A stretch of DNA of 64,000 nt from the NCBI GenBank assembly GCA_038883655.1, contig JAVZLQ010000002.1, forward strand, positions 185,625 through 249,624. Reading direction: 5' to 3'. Of this stretch, positions 20,120-30,406 are shown one piece after another; the first letter of the stretch is position 1; every line of letters begins with the position of its first letter. A program made the translations under genes and the position numbers. Source of the stretch: Candidatus Bathyarchaeia archaeon (GTDB lineage Archaea; Thermoproteota; Bathyarchaeia; Bathyarchaeales; Bathycorpusculaceae). The notes under the pieces were generated by a model, which did not search any database, was not told the origin of the DNA, and worked only from the letters and a program-made list of their open reading frames with translations.

Positions 20120-22366
20120 ATGAAAAAACTATTTGCTTTGGTATTTGTTTCAGTGCTTCTAGCGTCCTTGATACCAATAAACATGACAGCTGCCTCAACA
20201 GTGATAGCCGGACCAGTTTACGGCGTTTCGCATCCAAAAATTACACGCCCCTCAGACCCAGATGAAATTCCAGGGCTTGACGCCTCATCCTTCCTAGAAA
20301 ACGCGGTAGCCCCAGGCATAGTACCTATGCTTACGCCACATTCTCCATGGACTATTGCCGTTATAGACGATTATTATGGCGGATGGTATTACCTAGACTT
20401 TCAGCTTGTGTTGAGTGGTGAACACTGCAACATATGGGTTGGATTAGCTCCGGATGTCTGGACTGGCGGATATAGAGACGAATGGGACACAAAAGGAACA
20501 CCAGATGTTAGCGACGACGTGTTCTACTTTGCCTATCCATGGAGCTATCGTGGCGGCGCGTTCTGGGGAGCCCCACGCCTTCAACCAGGCTACCGCGACT
20601 ACATCTTCGGAAGCCAACTAATCCAAATAATGCACGCGTTCGACGAAAACATATGGGAGAAGGATACGTCGTTCTTCGGCATGTATAAGGACCGCCTAGG
20701 TCCCTTAAACGACTATAAGATACAAATACTGATATTCAATATACGTGATGTGTTGTTCTGGGATCCAGTTAATGCTCCTGGATTCATTGAAGGCTACTTC
20801 TGGTCTTATGTGAGCAATCTTTACAATGCAAACATAATCCACATCGATACATACCAGTGGTTCAGAAGGCAAGGACCAAGCCCAACAGGCGGTGACCCAG
20901 CATACTATGTATATCCACCGTATCCGCCAACCGCCTGCATGCCATACGAGTATGAGGGCACATTCGCCCACGAATTCCAGCACCTAATCCACCGCGACAT
21001 AGACCCAGACGAATACTCATGGCCAAACGAGGGCTGCTCAGAACTAGCCCAAATAATATGCGGCTACGGATTCCCATCAGGCCACATATACTACTACTTG
21101 CGCTACTTCTGGGACACATCGCTTGTAGTCTGGGAAGGAACCCTATCAAACTACGGCGCCGTCGCCCTATGGACATACTACATATACGAGCACTACGGAA
21201 GACAATTCATATGGGACCTTGTCCACGAACAAGCAAATGGAATAGAAGGCTACAACAACGTCTTCAAAGCTCACGGTATAAAGAAGGACTTCGACCAAGT
21301 CTTCCAAGAATGGGCAATTGCAAACTACCTAGACGACACAAGCTTTGCTAAAGGAATTTACGGCTACTATGGCTTAGACTTCGGCACAGCAGCCACACGA
21401 GGCTGGAGCATACCATACGCAATACAATATTGGGGAACCTATGACGAAACATACCCAACAGGATGGATCCTGCCAGAACGTCTACCATACATCGTCTGGT
21501 ACTGGGAACTATACAACGGCGAACCAGAACTGAAAGTATACTTCGACGGCGACGACTACGCTGGCGTATTCCCACACAGCGGCTCATACGAATGGCATTC
21601 AGATGGAACAGCGTGGTCATGGTTCAGATTGGGCCAAACCTTCACGATACCAGAAACAGGTGCAACCCTCAAATTCTGGACATGCTACGAAATCGAGGAA
21701 GACTGGGACTACGGCTACGTTGAAGTTCACGACCTAACAACAGGCGAATGGTACACACTGCCAGGAATAGGAACAATATCAACACTGCCAAACCCGCAAG
21801 ACAACCCCAACTGTCCAGACGCATTTGAGCCATTCGCATATTATGCTGCAGGAAAGTGGAACGCGTTCACAGGAAGCAGCGGCGGCTGGTACCAAGAAAT
21901 AATGGATCTAACATCATTCGCTGGACACACAATTGAGCTGTACTTTACATACTGGACTGACGGCTACACGCTGTGGCTAGGATGGTACATAGACGACATA
22001 GAAATACCAGAAATAGGCTTCTACGACGATGTTGAAGCTGGCGCAAACGGATGGACAGCAACAGCAGGATGGTACATAACAACAGGTGTAGTAACGAATG
22101 ACTTCACAGTTAACGTCATAGAGACAACGAACATAATCAAAGGGAAAACAACGAGAACATTGTATCACATAAGCCCCGTGAAACTAAACGATGCAACCGA
22201 AGAAGGATGGGAACTGATAAAAGTTGTCAATACAGCCGCAGTACAAAGTGGTCCAGCAGTATTGGTAATGGCAAGTCAACCGGGCTACGAACACTCGTTC
22301 TACACCGAATTGCTCTTCATAGTAGACGACGCACCCTTCGAATTAATACACTGGTGGACACACTAG
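20120..22366 (+). CDS. secreted Zn metalloprotease, immune inhibitor A (M6)/M30-like
   Basis: Signal peptide, AHEFQHLIH, WPNEGCS, YEIEEDWDYGYVEV, YWTD..GWYIDDI. Confidence 0.88.
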   Translation: MKKLFALVFVSVLLASLIPINMTAASTVIAGPVYGVSHPKITRPSDPDEIPGLDASSFLENAVAPGIVPMLTPHSPWTIAVIDDYYGGWYYLDFQLVLSGEHCNIWVGLAPDVWTGGYRDEWDTKGTPDVSDDVFYFAYPWSYRGGAFWGAPRLQPGYRDYIFGSQLIQIMHAFDENIWEKDTSFFGMYKDRLGPLNDYKIQILIFNIRDVLFWDPVNAPGFIEGYFWSYVSNLYNANIIHIDTYQWFRRQGPSPTGGDPAYYVYPPYPPTACMPYEYEGTFAHEFQHLIHRDIDPDEYSWPNEGCSELAQIICGYGFPSGHIYYYLRYFWDTSLVVWEGTLSNYGAVALWTYYIYEHYGRQFIWDLVHEQANGIEGYNNVFKAHGIKKDFDQVFQEWAIANYLDDTSFAKGIYGYYGLDFGTAATRGWSIPYAIQYWGTYDETYPTGWILPERLPYIVWYWELYNGEPELKVYFDGDDYAGVFPHSGSYEWHSDGTAWSWFRLGQTFTIPETGATLKFWTCYEIEEDWDYGYVEVHDLTTGEWYTLPGIGTISTLPNPQDNPNCPDAFEPFAYYAAGKWNAFTGSSGGWYQEIMDLTSFAGHTIELYFTYWTDGYTLWLGWYIDDIEIPEIGFYDDVEAGANGWTATAGWYITTGVVTNDFTVNVIETTNIIKGKTTRTLYHISPVKLNDATEEGWELIKVVNTAAVQSGPAVLVMASQPGYEHSFYTELLFIVDDAPFELIHWWTH

Positions 22367-22528
22367 CAAACAAATGCAGCTTCAAACAACCCATTTCCCT
22401 TTTTTATGAATCAAAATATCTTAACGAATACGTGAATAGCTATTGGCATACTAACACTGACTCACCATCCATTATACTTATGTCTTCGTTTGTTCCTTTG
22501 TAATGTGACGAAGGGAGAGAAAAGTGCA

Positions 22529-23866
22529 ATGAGAGCACTTGAATCATTACTCATATTTACCATGGTGACGGCGATCTGCTTGCCATTCATTGTTCAACCA
22601 AGCAACGCAAGCTCAACAATATATATCAAAGCAGATGGAACCGTAGAACCAGATACCGCTCCAATATCAACGATTGACAAAAAAACATACACCTTTATAG
22701 GTAACGCTAACGATGAAATTGTGGTTGAAAGATCAAACATAATAATTGACTGCAATGGACACATTATTGAAGGAAGTGGAACAGGAAACGGTTTCACCCT
22801 TTACGACGTTACAAATGTTACCATAAGAAATGGCAACATCAGAAACTTCCAATACGGCATTTACCTTGAATCAGCGTCCCACAACTTCATACATGGAAAC
22901 AATATAAGTGCAAACAGCTACGATGGCATAGCAGTCTGTTTCTCCTCAGACAACAACGAAATCGCCAATAATAACATCGAAAATAACGGATGGTTTGGAA
23001 TAGGAATCTACTACTCAAACAGCAACACCATAACAAGAAACAAAATCACAAACAATAACGACGGCATCTGGCTATATTATGCCCTAAACAACACAATATC
23101 AGCAAACAGCATATCAACAAACAGCGAACATGGAATCCAACTCTACTATACGTCGAGCAACAACATATTCCACAACAGCTTTACAAACAACGCATTTCAA
23201 GTTTACACCGAAACCTCTGTCAACATTTGGGACAACGACTACCCCTCAGGAGGCAACTATTGGAGCGACTACCAAGGTGCAGACTCTAATGGTGATGGTA
23301 TAGGAGATACACCATATACTATTGACGAAAACAACCAAGATCGTTACCCCCTCATGAAACCGTGGACAAACATCGCCATTTTAAACACTTCACCATCCAA
23401 AACTGTCGTAGGAGAAGGAACCACACTGTACGTATACGCATCTGTTCAAAATCAAGGCTGGAACACCGAAACCTTCAACATCACCATTTACGCTAACACA
23501 AGCGTAATAGAAACATGTGAACTAACGATCAGAAGCGGAGCCGTAACAATCCTAACCTTCACATGGAACACTTCCGGCTTCGTTAAAGGCAGCTACACTT
23601 TACGAGCTTATACGGAGCCTATTCAAGGCGAAACAGACAAGCATGACAACGCGTTTGAGTATGGCTTTGTTCTGGTCACTATTGCTGGTGATGTTACTGG
23701 CGAAATATGGGTTGACATGCTGGACATAAGCATACTCATAGACAAATTCATGAGCAGCCCAACGCACCCACTTTGGGATCCAAACTGCGACGTTAACGAC
23801 GACCAAAGCGTAGACATGGCAGACATATCAATAGCCATAGACAACTTCATGCGAGAAGACCCATAA
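22529..23866 (+). CDS. secreted NosD/CASH beta-helix + CARDB + dockerin-like surface protein
   Basis: IYIKADG, Asn-rich GIxL repeats, GGNYWSDY..DGIGDTPY..DRYPL, two EF-hand-like GDV/DVNDD repeats. Confidence 0.88.
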   Translation: MRALESLLIFTMVTAICLPFIVQPSNASSTIYIKADGTVEPDTAPISTIDKKTYTFIGNANDEIVVERSNIIIDCNGHIIEGSGTGNGFTLYDVTNVTIRNGNIRNFQYGIYLESASHNFIHGNNISANSYDGIAVCFSSDNNEIANNNIENNGWFGIGIYYSNSNTITRNKITNNNDGIWLYYALNNTISANSISTNSEHGIQLYYTSSNNIFHNSFTNNAFQVYTETSVNIWDNDYPSGGNYWSDYQGADSNGDGIGDTPYTIDENNQDRYPLMKPWTNIAILNTSPSKTVVGEGTTLYVYASVQNQGWNTETFNITIYANTSVIETCELTIRSGAVTILTFTWNTSGFVKGSYTLRAYTEPIQGETDKHDNAFEYGFVLVTIAGDVTGEIWVDMLDISILIDKFMSSPTHPLWDPNCDVNDDQSVDMADISIAIDNFMREDP

Positions 23867-24041
23867 AACCCACTTCTAGTAGCGATGACTTTACAGCTTT
23901 AGGTACCGAAGTGACTTCAGACGTTAAAGATGTTTGGTTTTGAACAATATTCAAGTAGTGTTCGCATGCGTTTAGGAAAGAAAATGGAAAATGAGCGTGT
24001 AAACGGCATATTTGCAATTGGTAGTCCAGAGAAAGGCTAGT

Positions 24042-24812
24042 TTAGAGTCTTATTGCTTTTCTGGCAAACGTTACATAACCAGTGTGACCAGTCATCAGCG
24101 TTTGTGGCCGCGTTTTCCCACGTTCAACTTGCATTCCACGGATTAAACATTCAACAGTTTCCACGTCCACAAAACCGTTTTCTTTTAGGGCTTCAACAGT
24201 CTTTACCACCTGGTCTATTGTGGGGCTAAAAGAGACCAGCGTTCCACATGGTTTTAAGGCGTTATAGGCATGTGGAATCACAAGCCAAGGCGTAGCCAAA
24301 TCTAATATGACTGCGTCCACGTCTGACTCGTCTATGCCAGCGGTGACATCCTTATTTTTAAGTTCCACGAAGTCCACCAAGCCTGCCCTTCGCAAGTTTT
24401 TCTCAGCAGTTTCCAAAAATTCCCCTCTCGCTTCGTAGCTGTAGACTTTGCCGTTTGGCTTAACATAATGCGCTAGGGCTGTTGTCAAGGCGCCTGTTCC
24501 AGTTCCAGCCTCGACAACACGGCTTCCAGAGCCTATGCTGCTGAACATTATTATGAGTGCTATGTCCTTGGGGTATGTTATCTGCGTCTGCCTAGCAGCC
24601 TTCATAATGTAATCACGCAGTAGAGGCTTTAAAGCTACAAATTCGACGCCCATGCTGCTGAGAACAACAGAGCCATATTCCCTTCCAATTAAATCATCAA
24701 ATTTTATGAAACCCTTATGTGTGTGAAAGCTCTTTCCAGTCTCAACCCTAACCAAATAGGTTCTCCGATGGTCGAGGAATAATAAAATGTAATCGCCATC
24801 TTGAATTTGCAA
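24042..24812 (-). CDS. trmI: tRNA (adenine57/58-N1)-methyltransferase
   Basis: TQITYPKD, VEAGTGTGALT, ILDLATPW, FSPTIDQV, HTGY. Confidence 0.94.
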   Translation of the reverse strand: MQIQDGDYILLFLDHRRTYLVRVETGKSFHTHKGFIKFDDLIGREYGSVVLSSMGVEFVALKPLLRDYIMKAARQTQITYPKDIALIIMFSSIGSGSRVVEAGTGTGALTTALAHYVKPNGKVYSYEARGEFLETAEKNLRRAGLVDFVELKNKDVTAGIDESDVDAVILDLATPWLVIPHAYNALKPCGTLVSFSPTIDQVVKTVEALKENGFVDVETVECLIRGMQVERGKTRPQTLMTGHTGYVTFARKAIRL

Positions 24813-24898
24813 TTTCTCCTCCGCAATTTCTTAAAACGAGTAGCAAATAATAACATTGCGATGCTGCAGAAAAGTTAAGTCTCCAAAAGTAGACATGG

Positions 24899-25960
24899 AT
24901 GTTGGAGTTGAAAAGTTTGAAGTATAATTTAGCCTTTATAGGTTTTGGGAATGTTGGACAAGGACTTGCAACAATACTTGCCGATAAGAAGGCTATGCTG
25001 AAAGAGCGTTATGGCTTTGATTTTCAAGTAGTAGCCATCTCAGACATAAAGAAGGGCTCGATTTATAATGAAGCGGGGCTTAAACTGAAAGAAATTTTAC
25101 GCCTTGCACGGAAAACTGGAACAATCGAAGATTATGAAGGAGGACGTAAAGACCTCTCAAGCATAGAAATAATCGAAAAAAGCAACGCAGACATAGTACT
25201 CGAGGCAACATGGACAAACCTTGAAAACGGCGAACCAGGACTAACCCATATCAAAAAAGCTCTTGAAAATGGCAAACACGTAGCAACAACAAACAAGGGT
25301 CCAATAGCCTTAGCTTACCACGAGCTAATGCGAACAGCAAAAGCACATAACGTGTTCTTGAGGTTTGAGGGCACAGTTATGAGTGGAACACCTGCAATCA
25401 ACTTAGCTTTAGAAGATTTGGCTGGAGCGCATGTAAACACCGTTAGAGGGATAGTGAACGGCACAACAAATTACATATTGACGCGTATGGAAAAGGGCGC
25501 TACCTACAAAGGTGCTTTAGAAGAAGCACAAAGGCTGGGTTATGCCGAGGCGGACCCGACAATGGATGTTGAGGCGTGGGATCCCGTGGCGAAAATAATA
25601 ATTCTCGCTAACGTTGTCATGGGAGGAAGCCTAAAAGTGAAGGATGTTGAAAGAGAAGGCATAACAAAAATAACTCTCAGCGACATTAAAGCGGCGAAGA
25701 AGGCTGGCGAAAGAATAAAGCTGATAGCTAAAGCGTGGCGCGAAAGCGGCAAGGTTAAGGCTAAAGTTTCGCCTGAAAAAGTTCCATTAACTGACGTTTT
25801 AGCCCACATTGAAGGGACACTTAACGCATTAACATTCAACACGGATGTTCTCGGAGATGTTACTGTTGTTGGACGTGGCGCAGGTGGCATAGAAGCTGGC
25901 TACGCATTATTAAGCGACATGCTTGCAATACACAGATACCTAAGTGGAAAAGTCAGCTGA
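24899..25960 (+). CDS. hom: homoserine dehydrogenase
   Basis: GFGNVG, TTNKGP, FEGTVMSGTP, NGTTNYIL, GYAEADP, GRGAG. Confidence 0.93.
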   Translation: MLELKSLKYNLAFIGFGNVGQGLATILADKKAMLKERYGFDFQVVAISDIKKGSIYNEAGLKLKEILRLARKTGTIEDYEGGRKDLSSIEIIEKSNADIVLEATWTNLENGEPGLTHIKKALENGKHVATTNKGPIALAYHELMRTAKAHNVFLRFEGTVMSGTPAINLALEDLAGAHVNTVRGIVNGTTNYILTRMEKGATYKGALEEAQRLGYAEADPTMDVEAWDPVAKIIILANVVMGGSLKVKDVEREGITKITLSDIKAAKKAGERIKLIAKAWRESGKVKAKVSPEKVPLTDVLAHIEGTLNALTFNTDVLGDVTVVGRGAGGIEAGYALLSDMLAIHRYLSGKVS

Positions 25961-25971
25961 AGTGAGACGGC

Positions 25972-27786
25972 ATGCTTGGAGGCTACGTTGGAAAGGGCTT
26001 GAGGGTCAATTTAACAGAAGAGAAAATACGCGTAGAAAAACTTGAAGGGGAAAATGCAAGAAAGTTTATCGGCGGGAAGGGTTTAGGAGCAAAAATTCTC
26101 TATGACCAGTTAAAGCCAAACGTCGACCCCCTAAGCCCAGAAAACATGTTAATATTCGCTTCAGGACCCTTAACGGCTACGTTGGCGCCCACATCTGGAA
26201 GGTGGGCCGTTATTACAAAGTCTCCTCTAACGAATCTTTTTCTGGACAGTCAAGTTGGTGGACACTTCGGCGCAGTCATGAAACTTGCTGGTTTTGACTA
26301 CATGATTTTTGAGGGAAAAGCTGCAAGTCCGGTTTACTTGCGGGTTCATGGCGAAGACATTGAAATTAGAGAAGCGAGCAAAATTTGGGGAAAGGGTTGC
26401 ATAGAAACTGAGAAAATGCTGAAGGAGCATTTGGGTGGAGACGTCCACGTGGCATCAATAGGACCAGCTGGAGAAAACCTTGTTCGTTACGCGTGCATCA
26501 CAGTTGACTTGTATAGGCAGGCTGGAAGGGGTGGGGCTGGCGCTGTTATGGGTTCTAAAAATTTGAAGGCTGTCACTGTGAAGAGTGCTGGGGTAAAAGT
26601 GGAGTATGCAGATCCTGAAGGTTTTAAAGAAGCCTCTCGAAAAGCCTTTAAAAAAATTGAGGAGAACCCTTTCATACCCTTGAGGAGACGGTATGGCACA
26701 CCAGTTTGGATAGCGCCCGTAAACGAGTTTGGTATATTGCCAACGAGAAACTTTAGGACTGGTGTTTTTGAGCATGCTGAAATGATAAGTGGCGAGACCA
26801 TGCGGAGCAAAATTGTTGTCGGTGATGGGACATGCTACAACTGTTCAATTCGATGCTGGAAATACACGCATGTTGAAACTGAAAGATACAAAGTGGAGGA
26901 GCTTGCTGGTCCAGAATATGAAACAATAGCCCTAATGGGCTCAAACTGTGGCGTAAACTCGATTGAAGCCATAGCATATGCCAACCTCTTATGCGACGAC
27001 CTTGGACTGGACACTATATCAACCGGCAACGCGATTGCCTTCGCAATGGAGTGCTTCGAAAGAGGCTTAATCAACGAGAAGGACGCTGATGGGCTTAATC
27101 TAAAATTTGGCGATGCAGAAGCGGAGATAGAAATGGTGAAAAGAATAGCCTATAAAAGGGGTTTGGGGAACATTCTCGCCGAAGGCGTCAAAAAGGCAGC
27201 GGAAAATATTGGACAGGGCTCATGGAAGTTTGCAATGCACGTTAAAGGCATGGAAGTTCCCGGATACGATGTTAGGGGTTCAACGGGCATGGCTTTAGCC
27301 TACGCGACATCTGATAGGGGTGCTTGCCACCAAAGGGCTTGGACTGTCCGTGCTGAAATGCAGGGAAAACTGGCGCCCTTATACTCAACCAAAGACAGGG
27401 CAAAGTTTGTTAAGGAAGTGCAAGATGAAAGGGCTATGTGCTTTTCGCTGGTTCTCTGCGATTTCGCCCCACTGGAAGTCGGCGACTTCGTCGAACTTCT
27501 GAACAAGGCAACGGGATTTAATTTCACTCTGGAGCAGTACCTCAAAACTGGGGAGCGCATTTGGAACTTGACACGCCTATTCAACTTACGTGAGGGCTTA
27601 ACGAGAAAAGATGACACCCTACCAGAAAGATTCCTAACGGAGCCGTTGCCAGACGGCGCGGCTAAAGGGCATGTGGTAACAAAGTCTATGCTTGAGGAGA
27701 TGCTTAGAGAGTACTATTTCCTACGGGGCTGGGATGAAAACGGCGTTCCAACCAAAGAAAAGCTTAGAGAACTTGAACTAAACTAG
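25972..27786 (+). CDS. tungsten aldehyde:ferredoxin oxidoreductase family protein
   Basis: KSPLT, SIGPAGEN, GRGGAGAVMGSKNLKA, CxxCxxxC, EYET, DDLGLDTIS, RGACH. Confidence 0.95.
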   Translation: MLGGYVGKGLRVNLTEEKIRVEKLEGENARKFIGGKGLGAKILYDQLKPNVDPLSPENMLIFASGPLTATLAPTSGRWAVITKSPLTNLFLDSQVGGHFGAVMKLAGFDYMIFEGKAASPVYLRVHGEDIEIREASKIWGKGCIETEKMLKEHLGGDVHVASIGPAGENLVRYACITVDLYRQAGRGGAGAVMGSKNLKAVTVKSAGVKVEYADPEGFKEASRKAFKKIEENPFIPLRRRYGTPVWIAPVNEFGILPTRNFRTGVFEHAEMISGETMRSKIVVGDGTCYNCSIRCWKYTHVETERYKVEELAGPEYETIALMGSNCGVNSIEAIAYANLLCDDLGLDTISTGNAIAFAMECFERGLINEKDADGLNLKFGDAEAEIEMVKRIAYKRGLGNILAEGVKKAAENIGQGSWKFAMHVKGMEVPGYDVRGSTGMALAYATSDRGACHQRAWTVRAEMQGKLAPLYSTKDRAKFVKEVQDERAMCFSLVLCDFAPLEVGDFVELLNKATGFNFTLEQYLKTGERIWNLTRLFNLREGLTRKDDTLPERFLTEPLPDGAAKGHVVTKSMLEEMLREYYFLRGWDENGVPTKEKLRELELN

Positions 27787-27873
27787 TTCATGCGAACAGC
27801 CAAATTTTCTGGTTTATATGAAACGCTTATAATTGAATGGGGGCAGATACTTTCTCGGAACGGGAGGATTGCC

Positions 27874-29157
27874 TTGGAGAAGCTTAAAAGAAAATTAGAA
27901 GTCGCTGAAGATAAACTCAGAGAGATAAACGATTTTCTCCTTAAAAGGGAGAACCCGCTAATAAATGAGCTGCTAAAAATCATCGATAAGTACGGCGGCG
28001 TCGAGGAAATAAATCGCAGGGCTAGGGAGTCAAGCAAACTTGAAAACATTCTGGCAAGACTTGAAAAGAAAAAGTCGCCATTCATAGAGGATTTGGAATG
28101 GCTTATGAAGCAACGCGACAAAGAAGCGTTCATCAGCATACCCGCATACCGCAGAAAAGTCTTAGGGAAAAAGGCTGATTCCATGCGGTTTGATGATTCG
28201 TTTGCTGTTACCCTTGAAATTAGCGCGTGCAACTTTTTCCCATGGATAATTGAGGAGGCAAGGCAGTCCATAAAGAAGGGCGAACTGATGCCTGCACGTT
28301 ATATTCGCGTCAGAAATATGAAAGAGCAGGTTGAAGATGATGATATACTTGCTTTTGCTGCTGCCATGCAAATTATGGGCGCATCTTACGTTCAAACACT
28401 GGACACAAAGGGAACAATGCCTGGACAAGACGGCAACCCCATAAACGTGCATTTGGGCGGACCAGAAACCATAACTGGGTATTTCGGCGGAATAGGGGTA
28501 CCTAATGAGTACGCTTTAAAATGGGTTGAAGAGTACTTATACTATCACACGGAGTACGGCGTTAAACAGGTTTTGAATTTTAATGCTGGAACTATAATGC
28601 TTGGTTATTTGCTTTACAAGCTTGGAATAGACATTGAATTCAAAATTTCAGTCTACGCCGGTAATGACAACCCATACTTCATCTTCTGGACGCTGATGAC
28701 AGCCAAACTTTTCAGCCGAGAAGACGGCACAACACCGCTGATAGGGTTTAATCTCTCAAACTCCGTGAACAACAAGACAATCGAGCTTGCAGCCTACATA
28801 AGGAAGGCCTTCGGCTTCGAAGATATTGTGCGCATTGAGCACCACATCGTGGAAACACAGAAGAGCATTGTTAGGCAACCCTACGACAGGCTAGAAGAGC
28901 TTTTAGAATTGGCAGACCACATCAAAAACATAAGTGCCAAACACGAAGGCGGAATTCCAGAAATCGACAAGAAAAGAGAGCACCCGTCAGACATACTTGA
29001 CTACTTCATGCCGAAAAAGGAGATAATTGCGCAAGGGCTCATGCCAAAGCTGCTGCAAAACTACATGGACAAACATGAAGCCGTAAACAGAACAGCGAAA
29101 GCGTTAACAGAGCGTGGACTAACGTTCATCGCAGCCCCAAACCTACACAAAAAATGA
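27874..29157 (+). CDS. conserved hypothetical protein
   Basis: Long ORF; GGAGG before TTG 27874; motif-like blocks YIRVRNMKEQ, NVHLGGPETITGYFGG, GFNLSNSVN, RIEHH, SAKHEG. Confidence 0.8.
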   Translation: MEKLKRKLEVAEDKLREINDFLLKRENPLINELLKIIDKYGGVEEINRRARESSKLENILARLEKKKSPFIEDLEWLMKQRDKEAFISIPAYRRKVLGKKADSMRFDDSFAVTLEISACNFFPWIIEEARQSIKKGELMPARYIRVRNMKEQVEDDDILAFAAAMQIMGASYVQTLDTKGTMPGQDGNPINVHLGGPETITGYFGGIGVPNEYALKWVEEYLYYHTEYGVKQVLNFNAGTIMLGYLLYKLGIDIEFKISVYAGNDNPYFIFWTLMTAKLFSREDGTTPLIGFNLSNSVNNKTIELAAYIRKAFGFEDIVRIEHHIVETQKSIVRQPYDRLEELLELADHIKNISAKHEGGIPEIDKKREHPSDILDYFMPKKEIIAQGLMPKLLQNYMDKHEAVNRTAKALTERGLTFIAAPNLHKK

Positions 29158-29175
29158 AAGCGTAAAGTGCTGATA

Positions 29176-29931
29176 TCACCAGTAATCCTTTGGTTTCCGC
29201 ATGACCAGGTAAACGGTTGTGGCAACAAAGAATATTGTTGTAACTGCCAACACGCCTACTGCCACTCTTGTGTTGTTGAGCTCGTTTAGGCTTCCCTGAA
29301 GAGTTGTGTAGTTTTGTAGTAGTTCCCAATAAGTCTCGTTTAAACTTAGCAGTTCGTCTATTGTTAAGTTCTTGCCAAAACTTTCCCAGAAAGTCTGATT
29401 CAACAGTGAAAAAGTACCATTCAATTCTCTATATTTCTCTTGAAGTTCCTCGTATCGGATATTTCTTATAGCAGTCATCGAGAAACCTTCCAAATATTTT
29501 AGAGGCAAGTCAACAATGGAATATTCCAGATAAAGCTCTGCATACGTGACTCCCCAAACATCGTCTGGCACGTGCGCAACTACTTCAAACTCACCAGTAT
29601 TGTTGAAGGGCAAAGAAGCATTTTCCAAGAGGCATGTGCTGTTTAGTGTGAGCTTTTGTGCGCCTTCTCTGAAGCCGTAAATGGTAAGGTTTAGGTAGTC
29701 AATGTGGACGGGCTCGGCTGTAGAATTGTACCAGAGTTTAATGGTTAAATTTTCATTTGGAATAGTCTCGTTTATGGCATTAACTCTAATAGTGATTCCA
29801 GCATACTTCTTGTAGAAAAATGTCTGCATTTCATTTGCCTGTGCGCTTGTTCGGCAAAAGGTTGCGGAGGTCAATATTAATATTGCAACAAGTGTAATAA
29901 TCCTAGATTTTTTCAATTTTTCACCTTCCAA
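29176..29931 (-). CDS. secreted/membrane-anchored glycoprotein with coiled coil
   Basis: Signal peptide, many NxT/S sequons, C-terminal TM + RKPK. Confidence 0.75.
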   Translation of the reverse strand: MEGEKLKKSRIITLVAILILTSATFCRTSAQANEMQTFFYKKYAGITIRVNAINETIPNENLTIKLWYNSTAEPVHIDYLNLTIYGFREGAQKLTLNSTCLLENASLPFNNTGEFEVVAHVPDDVWGVTYAELYLEYSIVDLPLKYLEGFSMTAIRNIRYEELQEKYRELNGTFSLLNQTFWESFGKNLTIDELLSLNETYWELLQNYTTLQGSLNELNNTRVAVGVLAVTTIFFVATTVYLVMRKPKDYW

Positions 29932-29998
29932 GGGACAAGATGCTGATTTAGCTTATAGTTTATTTAACAATTTCTCACGGTTCAGAAGCCCAGAAGGG

Positions 29999-30238
29999 CT
30001 ATTTTAGTGAGCGAATAAAGTGTTGATAAATGTATATAAAGTAGATGAAAGCGAACGCTGTTAAAACTATTTCAAAGAATAATATGGCTGGGTTGTTCTC
30101 GACAGCCATAAAATATCCGTGTTGGAGTATGTCTGCGAAAACTAGGATTTGGAGGAATATGGCGCCTCCTAGGCAGCTTAAGCCCAAAATGTGGAACAGC
30201 GTGCGCATTCTGCGGTCAAGCTTTGGCGCGGCATTCAT
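29999..30238 (-). CDS. small two-TM membrane protein
   Basis: 79 aa, two hydrophobic helices. Confidence 0.65.
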   Translation of the reverse strand: MNAAPKLDRRMRTLFHILGLSCLGGAIFLQILVFADILQHGYFMAVENNPAILFFEIVLTAFAFIYFIYIYQHFIRSLK

Positions 30239-30406
30239 CTTTTATCGTGAATAACAAGAAACAATACTTTGACTTATAGGTTATGAATCCCCACACACTA
30301 CCAAGCCTTATGATTAAAATTTTTAATTAAAACTTAACATCACGCGCACAAAAACCTAGAGAGGGTATCCAATTTAGCAGCGCGAAAACAGCTAAAATTG
30401 ACTGGG

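Noticed and set aside
22860-23230. AAC-rich quasi-repeats
   Set aside because: Asn-rich beta-helix coding sequence; no template/variable repeat pair or reverse transcriptase suggesting a DGR
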